Origin: an uncultured Bacilli bacterium
GTDB taxonomy: Bacteria; Bacillota_I; Bacilli_A; RF39; UBA660
Direction: 5' to 3'
Assembly: GCA_934168005.1 (NCBI GenBank)
Contig: CAKPMN010000001.1
Coordinates: 2,597-66,596 of the forward strand
Length of the DNA: 64,000 nt
Numbering within the stretch: the first letter of the stretch is position 1; each line of letters opens with the position of its first letter. This document shows, one piece after another, positions 39,018-50,829 of this stretch. The notes beneath the pieces are model-generated. The model was not told the origin of the DNA, ran no database searches, and saw only the letters and a list, made by a program, of their open reading frames with translations. Position numbers and translations under genes: made by a program.

Positions 39018-39443
39018 GTGGCAAAGGAAGTTACAAGAGAAATTAAATTACAAATTCCAGCAGGAAAAGCTACACCAGCTCCACCAGTAGGAACTGTTTT
39101 AGGACCAGCAGGAATCAATCTTCAAGAATTCTGTACAAAGTACAATGACGCTACTAAAGATAGAATTGGAGATATTCTACCTGTTGTAATTAGTATTTAT
39201 GAAGATAGAAGTTTTGATTTTGTTATCAAGACTCCACCAACTGCATTCTTAATTAAAAAGTATGCAAAAATACAAAAAGGTGCTGTTAAAGGGGCTAATG
39301 AAACAGTTGCAACTTTAACTCAAGACCAATTAAAAGAAATTGCTGAAATTAAATTGCCTGACTTAAATGCTTACGGACTAGAAGAAGCTATGAAAATAGT
39401 TGAAGGAACTGCTCGTAACATGGGTGTTAAAATTTCAGAATAA
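39018..39443 (+). CDS. rplK: 50S ribosomal protein L11
   Basis: KLQIPAGKATPAPPVGTVLGPAGINLQEFC, with a GTG start 7 nt after AGGAGGTG. Confidence 0.95.
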   Translation: MAKEVTREIKLQIPAGKATPAPPVGTVLGPAGINLQEFCTKYNDATKDRIGDILPVVISIYEDRSFDFVIKTPPTAFLIKKYAKIQKGAVKGANETVATLTQDQLKEIAEIKLPDLNAYGLEEAMKIVEGTARNMGVKISE

Positions 39444-39511
39444 TTAATTAGACATAGGATTAACCTATGTGGGAGGAAAAATCCGCAAATACCACATAAG
39501 GAGGAAATTGA

Positions 39512-40207
39512 ATGAAAAAAGGTAAAAAGTATGTAGAAGCTTCAAAAAAAATAGAAAAAAATAAAGCTTATACAAAAGAAGAAGCTATTAGCTTAGTAAA
39601 AGAAACTTCAACTGCAAACTTTGATGCTTCAATTGAAGTTGCTATTAATTTAAACCTTGATACTAAAAAAGCTGATCAACAACTTAGAGGAGCTATAGTA
39701 TTACCAAACGGTACAGGAAAATCTAACAAAGTATTAGTTATAGCAAAAGGAGCTCAAGCTCAAGCTGCTCGTGAAGCTGGTGCTGATTATGTTGGAGATA
39801 TGGATATGCTAGAAAAAATCGAAAAAGAAAATTGGTTCGATTTCGATACTATGGTAGCTACTCCAGATATGATGCCTCAATTAGGTAAATTAGGTAAGAT
39901 ATTAGGACCTAAAGGACTAATGCCAAACCCTAAAACTGGTACTGTAACAATGGATACTAAAAAAGCTGTTGAAGAAGTTAAAAAAGGTCGTGTTGAATAC
40001 CGTACAGATAGTTATGGTAATATTCACGCTTTAATAGGAAAAGTTTCATTCGATGATAATAAATTAGTAGAAAATTTAGATGCATTTGTGAATGTAATAT
40101 TAAAATCTAAACCATCTACAGTTAAAGGAAAATATGTATTAAATATTTCTTTATCATCAACAATGGGACCTGGTGTTAAAATTAGTTCAGAAAGTTTTGA
40201 CATCTAA
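39512..40207 (+). CDS. rplA: 50S ribosomal protein L1
   Basis: Typical L1 sequence [17 protein letters not shown]...[20 protein letters not shown]. Confidence 0.95.
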   Translation: MKKGKKYVEASKKIEKNKAYTKEEAISLVKETSTANFDASIEVAINLNLDTKKADQQLRGAIVLPNGTGKSNKVLVIAKGAQAQAAREAGADYVGDMDMLEKIEKENWFDFDTMVATPDMMPQLGKLGKILGPKGLMPNPKTGTVTMDTKKAVEEVKKGRVEYRTDSYGNIHALIGKVSFDDNKLVENLDAFVNVILKSKPSTVKGKYVLNISLSSTMGPGVKISSESFDI

Positions 40208-40373
40208 TAAAAAATGTGATACAATTAATTTGTTTCAAGAAAAATTTGATATTTTACCGTAGACAGTAGGGGAGAAATCTTAATTATCCTACCGAGGACT
40301 TTTTAATAAAAGACTTTGGCCTTACTGTTTTAGTAAGGCTTTTATTTTACGGTTATGGTTCGGAGGTGAAATT
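40208..40373 (+). ncRNA. Probable L10(L12) ribosomal-protein leader (autoregulatory 5' UTR of rplJ-rplL)
   Basis: A 166-nt structured spacer between rplA and rplJ that includes the stem-loop CCTTACTGTTTTAGTAAGG followed by a U-run. Firmicutes carry the L10 leader at this position. Confidence 0.45.
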
Positions 40374-40868
40374 ATGGCCAATCAAAAGATTATTGAAGGA
40401 AAAGCTTCTGTAGTTGAAGAAATTAAAGCAAAAGTTGAAAATTCATCATCTGTTGTATTCTTTGAATATAGAGGATTAACTGTTTCTGAAACTGATAAAT
40501 TAAGAAAAATCTTAAGAGAATCTGGATCAGAATTTAAGGTTTATAAAAACACATTAGCTGCTCGTGCTTTAGATATGTTAAATATCGATATTAAAGACGA
40601 ACTTAATGGACCTAAAGCTATTGCTTTTGGTACTGATCAAATAGCACCAATTAAGGCTTTAGCAGATTTCGCAAAAGATCACAAACTTTTAGAAATGAAA
40701 GTTGGTATCGTAGATGGAAAAGTAGCAGGAATCGATGAATTAAATGAACTTGCTAAAATACCATCAAGAGAAGGTTTACTTTCTATGTTTGCTTCAGGTT
40801 TAATGCAACATGTAAGAGACTTCTCAATATGCTTAGATTTACATAGTAAAAATTTAGAAGAAAAATAA
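40374..40868 (+). CDS. rplJ: 50S ribosomal protein L10
   Basis: A 164-aa L10-like sequence in the conserved position, with the RBS GGAGGTG. Confidence 0.95.
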   Translation: MANQKIIEGKASVVEEIKAKVENSSSVVFFEYRGLTVSETDKLRKILRESGSEFKVYKNTLAARALDMLNIDIKDELNGPKAIAFGTDQIAPIKALADFAKDHKLLEMKVGIVDGKVAGIDELNELAKIPSREGLLSMFASGLMQHVRDFSICLDLHSKNLEEK

Positions 40869-40887
40869 AAGAAGGAGGAAAATTATT

Positions 40888-41253
40888 ATGGCAAAATTAA
40901 GTGCAAAAGAAATTATTGATTCTTTAAAAGAAATGACATTATTAGAAATTAAAGAAGTTGTAGATTTAATGAAGGAGGAATTTGGTGTTGATCCATCTGC
41001 TGTTGCTGTTGCTGCTGCTCCAGCTGCTGCTGTTGAAGAAGGACCAAGCTCATTTAACGTTGTTTTAGCATCAGCTGGTGCTAACAAAATAGCAGTTATC
41101 AAATTAGTACGTGATATTACTGGTTTAGGATTAAAAGAAGCAAAAGATATAGCTGATAACGGTGGAGTTGTTAAAGAAAAAGCTAATAAAGAAGAAGCTG
41201 AAGCTTTAAAAGCTCAATTCGAAGAAGCTGGCGCTACTGTAGAATTACAATAA
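40888..41253 (+). CDS. rplL: 50S ribosomal protein L7/L12
   Basis: The N-terminal dimerisation region, an Ala/Pro-rich hinge ([16 protein letters not shown]) and the C-terminal [16 protein letters not shown]. Confidence 0.95.
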   Translation: MAKLSAKEIIDSLKEMTLLEIKEVVDLMKEEFGVDPSAVAVAAAPAAAVEEGPSSFNVVLASAGANKIAVIKLVRDITGLGLKEAKDIADNGGVVKEKANKEEAEALKAQFEEAGATVELQ

Positions 41254-41272
41254 TTAATAAACTAACTTTTGT

Positions 41273-41292
41273 GCTCGTGTAATTACACGAGC
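41273..41292 (+). promoter_or_regulatory. Palindromic hairpin in the rplL-rpoB spacer (possible attenuator)
   Basis: GCTCGTGTAATTACACGAGC is a perfect 20-nt palindrome followed by CTTTAGTCGTTTAT, which is a weak U-tract. Confidence 0.35.
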
Positions 41293-41320
41293 CTTTAGTC
41301 GTTTATATAGAAGGAGTTTT

Positions 41321-41896
41321 ATGTCACACTATTTTACAAATGATAAAGTTAGAAGTGATGTTAGAAAACATTTGGTAAATATAAATGATATTCCTTTTAG
41401 TTTTTATACAGATAATGGCATGTTTTCTAAAAAAGGTTTAGATTTTGGAACAAGAACACTTTTATCTAGTCTAAAAGATATAAAAGGTGATGTATTAGAT
41501 TTTGGATGCGGATATGGTCCAATTGGAATATATGTAAGAAAAGTATTTGATGCAAATGTTGATATGGTTGATATTAATGATAATGCCTTAAAATTAGCTA
41601 GCGAGAATGCATTACTTAATGATACTCATGTCAATACATTTAAGAGTGATATTTACTCAAATGTTACTAAAAAATATGACTATATTATTTCTAATCCACC
41701 TATAAGAGTTGGTAAAGAAGTATTATATAAAATATTATTTGATGCTTATGATCATTTAAAAGATAACGGGAAACTTTTTATAGTAATAAATAAAAATCAA
41801 GGTGCTCAATCTACAATGAAAGATTTAAGCAAAAAATATGATGTCGAACTTGTATGTAAAAATAAAGGATTTTTTGTAATAGTTGCTAAAAAATAA
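41321..41896 (+). CDS. Class I SAM-dependent methyltransferase (YbxB/RsmC-like small-domain methyltransferase)
   Basis: VLDFGCGYGPIGI is motif I and YIISNPPI is the NPPY-type motif IV. It sits between rplL and rpoB as ybxB does in Bacillus. Confidence 0.8.
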   Translation: MSHYFTNDKVRSDVRKHLVNINDIPFSFYTDNGMFSKKGLDFGTRTLLSSLKDIKGDVLDFGCGYGPIGIYVRKVFDANVDMVDINDNALKLASENALLNDTHVNTFKSDIYSNVTKKYDYIISNPPIRVGKEVLYKILFDAYDHLKDNGKLFIVINKNQGAQSTMKDLSKKYDVELVCKNKGFFVIVAKK

Positions 41897-41995
41897 TTGA
41901 CTTATTTACAGAAATACTTTAAAATTATATATTGGTGGCATGTACTTATTAAGTTAAGTAATTGATCTAAAAATATAGTATATAGGGGTGAAACA

Positions 41996-44900
41996 GTGGC
42001 TTATACAGTAAAAAAATTTGGAGATCATCGTGAGAGAAGAAGTTATGCAAAAACTAAAAATGCAATTGAATTGAAAGATTTACTTGAAATTCAAAAAAAA
42101 TCATATGATTGGTTTATCAATGAAGGAATTAAAGAAGTATTTGAAGATATTTTTCCAGTAGAGAGTTTTACTGGAAATTTGGCGCTTGAATTCGGAGATT
42201 ATTCATTTGAAAGCCCAAGATATTCAATTAAAGGATGCAAAGAGCGTTATGCTACATATGCTGCACCTTTGAAAGTTGAAGCTCGTCTATTTAATCATGA
42301 AACAGGCGAAGTAAAAGAACAAGAAATTTACCTTGGAGATATGCCATTAATGACAGAATCTGGAACATTTATTATAAATGGTGCAGAACGTGTTATTGTA
42401 TCTCAACTTGTTCGTTCTCCTTCTGTTTATTTTGCAAATGAAATGGACAAGAATGGACGTATTAGTGTTACGTCACAAATTATACCAACTCGTGGTACTT
42501 GGTTAGAGTATGAAGCTGATGCTAGAAATGTACTTTATGTTCGTATTGATCGTACAAGGAAAGTACCTTTAACAACATTACTTCGTGCAGTTGGTTTATC
42601 AAATGATGAGGATATTTATGGCTTATTTGGAGAAAATGAATATCTAGAAAATACTATCAGTAAAGATACAAATAAAAATACTGATGAATCATTACTTGAT
42701 ATTCATGCTAAATTAAGACCAGGTGAACCATCTACTATCGATAGTGCTAAGAACCAATTAATCGCAAGATTCTTTGATTCATTCCGCTATGATTTGGCAC
42801 GTGTTGGTCGTTACAAATTCAATAAAAAATTATTTGTAGCAGACCGTTTGCTTGGACTTAAAATAGCTGAAGATATTAAATGTGATGACTTTGAATTACA
42901 TAAAGGTGATGTAATTACTAAAGAAATCTTAGAAAAATTAAAACCTATTTTAATGAACGGATATGGTATTAAGGAAGTAACTATTAATGAAGATTTAGAT
43001 ACTTATAACAAAGTTCAAATCATTAATGTTTATTCTCCTAAAAATTCAGAAAAAGTAGTTAAGATTATTGGTAATGATCCTAGCATAGATATTAAACGTT
43101 TAACTATATCTGATATTTATGCAGCTACATCTTACTACTTAAACTTACTTGAAGGAATTGGTTCATTTGATGAAATTGATCACTTATCAAATAGACGTGT
43201 TAAACAAGTAGGTGAATTATTACAAAACCAATTTAGAATTGGTATTAGTCGTATTGAACGTGTTATACGTGATCGTATGTCTACTCAAGAGATAGCTGAA
43301 GTTACACCAAAGACTTTAATTAATATTAGACCTTTAACAGCTTCTATTAAAGAATTCTTTGGATCAAGTCAATTATCTCAATTCATGGATCAAACAAACC
43401 CTGTTGCAGAACTTACAAATAAACGTAGACTTTCTGCTTTAGGACCTGGTGGACTTTCTCGTGATCGTGCTGGTATGGACGTACGTGATGTTAATCCATC
43501 ACACTATGGAAGACTTTGTCCAGTTGAATCACCAGAAGGACCAAATATCGGTTTGATTACTTCTTTAGCAAGTTACGCTAAAATAAATGAATATGGATTT
43601 ATTATGACTCCATATCGTAAAGTAGAAAATGCTCATTTAACAGATGAAGTAGTTTATATGACAGCTGATGAAGAAATGGATTATTATATTTCAGAAGCAA
43701 CTGTTGAATTAGATGAAAATGATAATATTATTCAAGAACGTGTACCTGTTCGTTATAAAACTGATAATATCATCGTAAAACCATCACAAGTAGATTATAT
43801 AGATGTTTCACCACAACAAGTTGTATCTATTACTACTCAAGGTATTCCATTCCTTGAACATGATGATGGTAAACGTACACTTATGGGTGCAAACATGCAA
43901 CGTCAAGCAATCCCACTTTTAAAAACAGAAGCTCCTATTGTTGGAACAGGTGTAGAAGCAATAGCTGCAAGAGATTCTGGTGTTGTTGTTATAGCAAAAG
44001 CTGATGGTGTTGTTGACTATGTTGACGCTAATAAGATTATTGTTAAGACAAAAGGTGGTAATGATACTTACTACTTAAATGGATTTGAAAGAAGTAATAA
44101 TGGTACTTGCTATCATCAAGTTCCTATTGTTAGAAAAGGCGATAAAATAACTAAAGATGAAGTTATAGCAGATGGACCTTCTACTGATAAAGGTGAATTA
44201 GCATTAGGTCGTAACGTTAAAGTAGCATTCATGAACTTTAATGGTTATAACTATGAAGATGCGGTTATCTTAAACGAAAAATTAGTTAAAGATGATGTTT
44301 ATACATCAATTCATATTGAAGTATATGAAATTGAATGTCGCGATACTAAGTTAGGACCAGAAGAATTTACTCGTGATATTCCAAATATTAGTGAAGAAGC
44401 TAGACGTAATTTGGATGAAAATGGTATTATTCGTATTGGTACAGAAGTAAAAGATGATGACATTTTAGTAGGTAAAGTTACTCCAAAAGGAATGGCTGAA
44501 CTTACTTCAGAAGAAAAATTATTACATGCAATCTTTGGTGAAAAGACAAGGGAAGTTCGTGATACATCACTTCGTGTTCCACATGGTGGAGAAGGTATTG
44601 TACATGATGTTAAGATATTCACTAAAGAAGATTCTGATGAACTTGGAGCTGGTGTTTCTAAGATCATCCGTGTATATATAGCACAAAAACGTAAAATCCA
44701 AGTTGGTGACAAAATGGCTGGACGTCATGGTAACAAGGGTGTTATTTCACTTATCTTACCAGAAGAGGATATGCCATATTTACCAAATGGTGAACCAGTT
44801 GATATTTTACTTAACCCACTAGGCGTTCCATCTCGTATGAACTTAGGACAAATCCTAGAAATGCATTTAGGATATGCAGCTAATGAACTTGGGATTCATG

Positions 44901-45595
44901 TTGCTACTCCAGTATTTGATGGTGCAACTCGTGAAGAGATAGTAGATGCTTTAAAAGAAGCTGGTTTAGATGAAGACGGAAAAACTGAATTATATGATGG
45001 TAGAACTGGTGAAAAGTTCGATAACAGAATTTCTGTTGGTGTAATGTACATGATTAAACTTCACCACATGGTTGATGATAAACTTCATGCACGTTCTACA
45101 GGACCTTATTCACTTGTTACACAACAACCTCTTGGTGGTAAGGCTCAATTTGGTGGTCAAAGATTTGGAGAAATGGAAGTTTGGGCACTTTATGCTTATG
45201 GTGCTGCTCATGTTCTACAAGAAATGATGACTGTCAAATCAGATGATGTTGTTGGCCGTGTTAAAGTTTATGAAGCACTTGTAAAAGGAGATCCAATTCC
45301 TAAGTCTAGTGTTCCAGAAAGCTTTAGAGTATTAATTAAGGAATTCCAAGCTTTAGGTCTAGATATTACTGTATTAAATGAAAATGGTGAATATGTAGAT
45401 GTTAAAGAATTAGAAAAAGATGAAGAAGATAGTTTCTTATCAACAGATGAATTCGAGGATGCAACTGACTTACCAGAACCTGATACAACTGATATTGAAG
45501 ATGTTGATGATGAAGAAGATGAAGAAGTTGACTTCGATGATTTAGAACCAGATGAAAAAGATTTAGAAAATGTTTTCGGGGAAGGGGATGAATAG
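41996..45595 (+). CDS. rpoB: DNA-directed RNA polymerase subunit beta
   Basis: A 1,199-aa protein with unmistakable RpoB blocks ([33 protein letters not shown]), a GTG start after GGGGTG, and an acidic C-terminal tail. Confidence 0.98.
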   Translation: MAYTVKKFGDHRERRSYAKTKNAIELKDLLEIQKKSYDWFINEGIKEVFEDIFPVESFTGNLALEFGDYSFESPRYSIKGCKERYATYAAPLKVEARLFNHETGEVKEQEIYLGDMPLMTESGTFIINGAERVIVSQLVRSPSVYFANEMDKNGRISVTSQIIPTRGTWLEYEADARNVLYVRIDRTRKVPLTTLLRAVGLSNDEDIYGLFGENEYLENTISKDTNKNTDESLLDIHAKLRPGEPSTIDSAKNQLIARFFDSFRYDLARVGRYKFNKKLFVADRLLGLKIAEDIKCDDFELHKGDVITKEILEKLKPILMNGYGIKEVTINEDLDTYNKVQIINVYSPKNSEKVVKIIGNDPSIDIKRLTISDIYAATSYYLNLLEGIGSFDEIDHLSNRRVKQVGELLQNQFRIGISRIERVIRDRMSTQEIAEVTPKTLINIRPLTASIKEFFGSSQLSQFMDQTNPVAELTNKRRLSALGPGGLSRDRAGMDVRDVNPSHYGRLCPVESPEGPNIGLITSLASYAKINEYGFIMTPYRKVENAHLTDEVVYMTADEEMDYYISEATVELDENDNIIQERVPVRYKTDNIIVKPSQVDYIDVSPQQVVSITTQGIPFLEHDDGKRTLMGANMQRQAIPLLKTEAPIVGTGVEAIAARDSGVVVIAKADGVVDYVDANKIIVKTKGGNDTYYLNGFERSNNGTCYHQVPIVRKGDKITKDEVIADGPSTDKGELALGRNVKVAFMNFNGYNYEDAVILNEKLVKDDVYTSIHIEVYEIECRDTKLGPEEFTRDIPNISEEARRNLDENGIIRIGTEVKDDDILVGKVTPKGMAELTSEEKLLHAIFGEKTREVRDTSLRVPHGGEGIVHDVKIFTKEDSDELGAGVSKIIRVYIAQKRKIQVGDKMAGRHGNKGVISLILPEEDMPYLPNGEPVDILLNPLGVPSRMNLGQILEMHLGYAANELGIHVATPVFDGATREEIVDALKEAGLDEDGKTELYDGRTGEKFDNRISVGVMYMIKLHHMVDDKLHARSTGPYSLVTQQPLGGKAQFGGQRFGEMEVWALYAYGAAHVLQEMMTVKSDDVVGRVKVYEALVKGDPIPKSSVPESFRVLIKEFQALGLDITVLNENGEYVDVKELEKDEEDSFLSTDEFEDATDLPEPDTTDIEDVDDEEDEEVDFDDLEPDEKDLENVFGEGDE

Positions 45596-45597
45596 GA

Positions 45598-48500
45598 ATG
45601 GACGTAAATAGTTTTGAAGGCTTAAGAATTGCTATAGCTTCTCCTGAGAAAATTCGTGAATGGTCTCATGGTGAAGTTAAAAAGGCAGAAACTATTAACT
45701 ATCGTACCTTAAAGCCTGAAAGAGATGGTTTGTTCTGTGAAAAAATCTTTGGACCTACAAAGGACTTTGAATGTTCTTGTGGTAAGTACAAAAGATTAAG
45801 ATATAAAAATATTGTATGTGATAGATGTGGTGTTGAAGTTACTCGTTCTAAAGTACGTCGTGAACGTATGGGACACATTGAGCTTGCAACACCAGTGTCT
45901 CACATTTGGTTCTTTAAAGGTGTTCCATCACGTATGGGATTAGTACTTGATATGTCTCCAAGAGATTTGGAAGAAGTATTATACTTTGTATCTTATGTAG
46001 TATTAGATCCAGGTGCTGCTCCTTTAGAGAAAAAACAAACTATTTCAGATAAAGAATATCGTGCATACTATGAAAAGTATGGAAATACTTTCCGTGTAGG
46101 TATGGGTGCTGAAGCTATTAAAGAGCTTCTTGAACAAGTTGATATTGAAAAAGAATTAGAAGAAATAAAAAAAGAGATTGATTCAATTAAAGATTCTTCT
46201 AGTCAAAGAAGAGTTCGTTTAATTAAACGTTTAGAAGTATTAGATGCTTTCCATGAATCTGGGAATAAACCAGAATGGATGATTATGACAGTATTACCTG
46301 TTATACCTCCAGAACTTCGTCCTATGATTCAACTTGATGGTGGAAGATTTGCTACTTCTGACTTAAATGATTTATATAGACGTGTTATTAACCGTAATAA
46401 TCGTTTAAAAAAATTAATGGATTTAGGTGCTCCTTCAATCATTATTCAAAATGAAAAACGTATGCTACAAGAAGCCGTTGACGCTTTATTTGATAATGGT
46501 AGAAGAGGTCGTAATATAACTGGTGCTGGTAATAGGCCACTTAAGAGTTTATCTAGTATGTTAAAAGGTAAACAAGGACGTTTCCGTCAAAACTTACTTG
46601 GAAAACGTGTTGACTATTCTGGACGTAGTGTTATTGTTGTTGGACCATCACTTAAAATGTATGAATGTGGTATTCCAAAAGAAATGGCACTTGAATTATT
46701 TAAACCACATGTTATAAATGGTTTAGTTTCCAAAGATATTGCTTCAAATATTAAAGCAGCTAAACGTATGATTGAAAATCAAGATGAACGTGTTTGGGAT
46801 ATAGTAGAAGAAAAAATAAAAGAACATCCAGTTATGTTAAACCGTGCTCCTACACTTCATAGACTTGGTATTCAAGCTTTTGAACCTAAGTTAATAGATG
46901 GACGTGCTATTAGACTACATCCACTTGTATGTGCGGCATTTAATGCAGACTTCGATGGAGACCAAATGGCAGTACACGTTCCAATTAGTGAAGAAGCTAA
47001 AACAGAAGCAAGATTATTAATGTTAGGTGCTAATAACATCTTAAAACCTTCTGATGGTAAACCAATCGTTACTCCAGGACAAGATATGGTTTTAGGTAAC
47101 TATTATATTACTATTGAAAAAGCTAATCTTCCTGGTGAAGGTAGGGTATTTAAAGACCCAGATGAATGTTTAATGGCTTATGAGAGAAGAGAAATAACAT
47201 TACATACTAGAATTGCTCTTCCAGTTCGTTCATTTAAACATAAATTATTCCCTGATAACTATATGAATAAATATTTAGTTACAACTCCAGGTAAATTACT
47301 TTTCAATGAAATTTTCCCTGACACATTCCAATATATCAATGATTCATCAAAGGAAAATGCTGAAGGTATGACACCAAGTATTTATTTCTTGGAACCTGGT
47401 ACTAATATAAAAGAAGCTATTAAAGATATGCCTTTAGTTGCACCTTTTGCTAAAAAGACATTAACTAATTTAATTGCTCAAATTTATAAACGTTATCAAA
47501 CTACTGAAACTTCTATAATGCTTGATAAGTTAAAAGACTTAGGATTTAAATATTCTACATTATCTGGTATTTCATTTGGTATTGGAGATATTATTCCATC
47601 TAAGACAAAACCTCAAGTATTAAAAGAAGCTCAAGATATGGTAGATCAAATAAATAAACAATTCCGTCGTGGTTTAATTACTGATCGTGAACGTTATGAA
47701 AAAGTAGTTGCTACATGGAATAAAGCAAAAGATACAATAGCTAGCGAACTTTCTGATATTATTAAAAATAATAAAGATAACTCATTATCTATTATGATTG
47801 ATTCAGGAGCTCGTGGTAACGTATCAAACTACAACCAAATGGCTGGTATGCGTGGACTTATGATGAAACCAACTGGTGAAGCTGTTGAAATTCCAATTGT
47901 ATCTTCATTTAGTGAAGGTGCATCAGTTTCTGAATTCTTCTTAGCTACACATGGTGCTCGTAAAGGTAACGTTGATACAGCGCTTAAAACTGCCGATGCT
48001 GGATACTTAACAAGAAGACTTGTTGATGTTGCTCAAGATATAGTAGTATCTGAAGATGATTGTCATACAGATGCTGGTGTAGTTGTTGAAGCATTCTTAA
48101 ATCCAGATGGTACTGAAATTGAATCATTACGTGCAAGAATTGTTGGTAGATTTACAAGTAAAAAGGTAATTAACCCTGAAACTAAAGAAGTGATTGCTGA
48201 TCGTGATACTTACATTACTGAACAATTAGCTGATAAGATTATAGCTGCTGGTATTACAAAAGTAGCAATTCGTACAGTTCTAACTTGTAAGAGTAAACAT
48301 GGTGTTTGTGTTAAATGTTATGGCCGTAACTTAGCTACTGGTTCTTTAGTTGAAACTGGTGAAGCTGTTGGTATTATGGCTGCGCAATCAATTGGTGAAC
48401 CTGGTACTCAGTTAACCATGAGAACAATCAACTCTGGTGGTGTTGCTGGAGACGATATTACTCAAGGTTTACCTCGTGTTCAAGAGTTATTTGAAGCTCG

Positions 48501-49230
48501 TAATCCAAAAGGAAAAGCAACTATTTCTGAAATCAATGGTGAAGTTGTTAACATTGAAGAAGAAAATGGTAAACTAATAATTAGTGTTAAGAATGATGTT
48601 GAAGTTAAACAACATACTTCTAATTATGGTTCTAAACCAGCTGTTAAAGTTGGTGATATGGTTAAAGCAGGTGATCGTTTAACTCACGGTGCTATTAATC
48701 CAAAAGAATTGTTGACTGTAACAGATCCTATAACTGTTCAACAATATATATTAGTTGAAATACAAAAAGTTTACTCATCTCAAGGTGTTGATATTAGTGA
48801 TAAACACGTTGAAGTTATGGCTAAACGTATGATTTCTAAAATTAAAATTGTTAATTCAGGTGATACTTATTTCTTACCTGGAACAATGGTAAATATTAAT
48901 GACTTTACTGAAATTAACAAGAACTTAATTCTTGAAGGAAAAGTTCCAGCTACTGGTAGACCAGTATTACTTGGTATTACTAAGGCAAGTCTTGAAACTG
49001 ATTCATTCTTATCAGCTGCATCATTCCAAGAAACTACAAGAATTTTAACTGATGCTGCTATACATGGTAAGGTTGATCATTTAAATGGTCTAAAGGAAAA
49101 TGTTATCATTGGTAAGTTAATACCAGCTGGTACTGGTGCTAAAAAGTATTACAAATCTAGTTATACATTAGAAAATGATACTTCATTAGATGAACCTTTA
49201 GATGTATTAGAAAAAGAATTAATGGATTAG
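45598..49230 (+). CDS. rpoC: DNA-directed RNA polymerase subunit beta'
   Basis: A 1,210-aa protein with the zinc site CSCGKYK...CDRCGV, the [14 protein letters not shown] catalytic loop and other RpoC blocks. Confidence 0.98.
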   Translation: MDVNSFEGLRIAIASPEKIREWSHGEVKKAETINYRTLKPERDGLFCEKIFGPTKDFECSCGKYKRLRYKNIVCDRCGVEVTRSKVRRERMGHIELATPVSHIWFFKGVPSRMGLVLDMSPRDLEEVLYFVSYVVLDPGAAPLEKKQTISDKEYRAYYEKYGNTFRVGMGAEAIKELLEQVDIEKELEEIKKEIDSIKDSSSQRRVRLIKRLEVLDAFHESGNKPEWMIMTVLPVIPPELRPMIQLDGGRFATSDLNDLYRRVINRNNRLKKLMDLGAPSIIIQNEKRMLQEAVDALFDNGRRGRNITGAGNRPLKSLSSMLKGKQGRFRQNLLGKRVDYSGRSVIVVGPSLKMYECGIPKEMALELFKPHVINGLVSKDIASNIKAAKRMIENQDERVWDIVEEKIKEHPVMLNRAPTLHRLGIQAFEPKLIDGRAIRLHPLVCAAFNADFDGDQMAVHVPISEEAKTEARLLMLGANNILKPSDGKPIVTPGQDMVLGNYYITIEKANLPGEGRVFKDPDECLMAYERREITLHTRIALPVRSFKHKLFPDNYMNKYLVTTPGKLLFNEIFPDTFQYINDSSKENAEGMTPSIYFLEPGTNIKEAIKDMPLVAPFAKKTLTNLIAQIYKRYQTTETSIMLDKLKDLGFKYSTLSGISFGIGDIIPSKTKPQVLKEAQDMVDQINKQFRRGLITDRERYEKVVATWNKAKDTIASELSDIIKNNKDNSLSIMIDSGARGNVSNYNQMAGMRGLMMKPTGEAVEIPIVSSFSEGASVSEFFLATHGARKGNVDTALKTADAGYLTRRLVDVAQDIVVSEDDCHTDAGVVVEAFLNPDGTEIESLRARIVGRFTSKKVINPETKEVIADRDTYITEQLADKIIAAGITKVAIRTVLTCKSKHGVCVKCYGRNLATGSLVETGEAVGIMAAQSIGEPGTQLTMRTINSGGVAGDDITQGLPRVQELFEARNPKGKATISEINGEVVNIEEENGKLIISVKNDVEVKQHTSNYGSKPAVKVGDMVKAGDRLTHGAINPKELLTVTDPITVQQYILVEIQKVYSSQGVDISDKHVEVMAKRMISKIKIVNSGDTYFLPGTMVNINDFTEINKNLILEGKVPATGRPVLLGITKASLETDSFLSAASFQETTRILTDAAIHGKVDHLNGLKENVIIGKLIPAGTGAKKYYKSSYTLENDTSLDEPLDVLEKELMD

Positions 49231-49260
49231 GAAGTTTTTAACTTCCTTTTTTGTTTGCTT
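49229..49260 (+). terminator. Rho-independent terminator after rpoC
   Basis: GGAAGTT-ttt-AACTTCC followed by TTTTTTGTTTGCTTTTTTTT. Confidence 0.65.
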
Positions 49261-49297
49261 TTTTTTAATTACTTGATATAATTAAGATGGTGATAAT

Positions 49298-50053
49298 ATG
49301 GAAGATGAAAACTTTTTTGATGAAAACATAGATAAAAAAGATTTAAATGGTAATAATAAAATTGTTAAAATAATTATTTTTATTATTATACTTGGTGTTT
49401 TACTATTTGGATTTTATTTAACTTATTTAAAATTAAATGAAGAGAAAAAAGAAGAAGTAAAGGAAGAAGAAAAAGACGTTATTGTAGAAGGCATTTACAC
49501 TGAATGCTCTGATGAATGTGTTTATCATTTAAATTTAAGTGATGGGGTAAAAAATTTAAAATATGTTATAGAAAATGAGGTTTCTCATAAATTATATTTA
49601 GAAGATAAACTTTTAATTGAATTAAATATGAGTTGTGGTGGTTTTGATTTACTTACTGTATTAGATGATATATTTATAATTAGTTATAATACTGAATGTA
49701 AATCTACAACAAATAATATTATTATATTTAATTCAAAAGGCGATATTTTAAAAAATTACAATTATGTTGATAATACATATAATATGTGGATAGAAAATAC
49801 TGAATATAAGGTTATTAATAATAGTATTGTATTTAACGCAACAAGACTTTATAAAGAACATACATTGCGTTTATCTAAGAATAAAGAAGTTAATCTATGT
49901 GAAAATGATGAATTTAGTTTATATGGTATTAATAATACCACTCCATTAAGTGGGGTTTATACCATTGATTATTTAGGTAATAATAACTTTTCTGAACTAA
50001 AATTTAATTCAAATAAATTAGTTAGTGATGATGTTTTAACTTGTAAAGAATAA
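49298..50053 (+). CDS. Membrane-anchored hypothetical protein with a Cys-containing ectodomain
   Basis: The RBS GGTGATAATATG and the TM segment IIIFIIILGVLLFGFYLTYL. It lies upstream of the two ABC genes. Confidence 0.45.
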   Translation: MEDENFFDENIDKKDLNGNNKIVKIIIFIIILGVLLFGFYLTYLKLNEEKKEEVKEEEKDVIVEGIYTECSDECVYHLNLSDGVKNLKYVIENEVSHKLYLEDKLLIELNMSCGGFDLLTVLDDIFIISYNTECKSTTNNIIIFNSKGDILKNYNYVDNTYNMWIENTEYKVINNSIVFNATRLYKEHTLRLSKNKEVNLCENDEFSLYGINNTTPLSGVYTIDYLGNNNFSELKFNSNKLVSDDVLTCKE

Positions 50054-50107
50054 TTTTATTATTCTTTTTTTTGTGCTATAATTTCTTTATAGCAGTATGA
50101 TAAAGGG

Positions 50108-50829
50108 GTATTTATGTTAGAGATAGAAAATGTTAATAAAAGTTATTTAAAACAAGAAAATGTTTTAAAAAATATAAGTTTGAGTTTTGATAAAGGATTA
50201 GTTTGTATACTTGGACAATCTGGATCAGGTAAAACTACTTTACTTAATGTACTTGGTATGCTTGATAAGGCGGAAGGTAGTATTTATGTAGATGGACTTG
50301 ATATAAATAAATTAAAAGATAAAGAGTTAGATTACTATAGAAATACTTATGTAGGATTTATATTTCAAGATTTTAATTTAATAGAAGATTTTACAGTATA
50401 TGAAAATATAGTTTTACCATTAAAATTACAAGGTAAAAAAATAGATAATGAATTAATAGATAATTATTTAAAAAGATTAGGAATATATGAATTAAGATAT
50501 AGAAAGCCTAATGAATTATCAGGAGGGGAAAGGCAGAGAGTAGCGATACTTAGAGCAGTAGTAAAAGATCCAAAAATAATATTAGCTGATGAGGTAACAG
50601 CTAATCTAGATAGTAAAACAGGATTAGAAGTAATGAACTTATTAAAAGAAATAAGTAAGGATAGATTAGTAATATTAGTAACACATAACAATGAATATGC
50701 CTCTAAATATGCGGATAGAATAATAAAAATAGAAGATGGATATGTAGATAATGATTTATTAAAGCATGAAGATAATACATATAAAACAGTTAAAAGTAAA
50801 TTGCCTTTCTTATATGCTTTTAAATTAGG
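50108..50829 (+). repeat. Direct repeat copy A (about 716 bp, ABC ATPase-domain coding region)
   Basis: Identical to 52505-53226 except for three substitutions seen by eye: gtt to att near 50131, gat to aat near 50747, and gtt to gtc near 50790. Confidence 0.85.
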
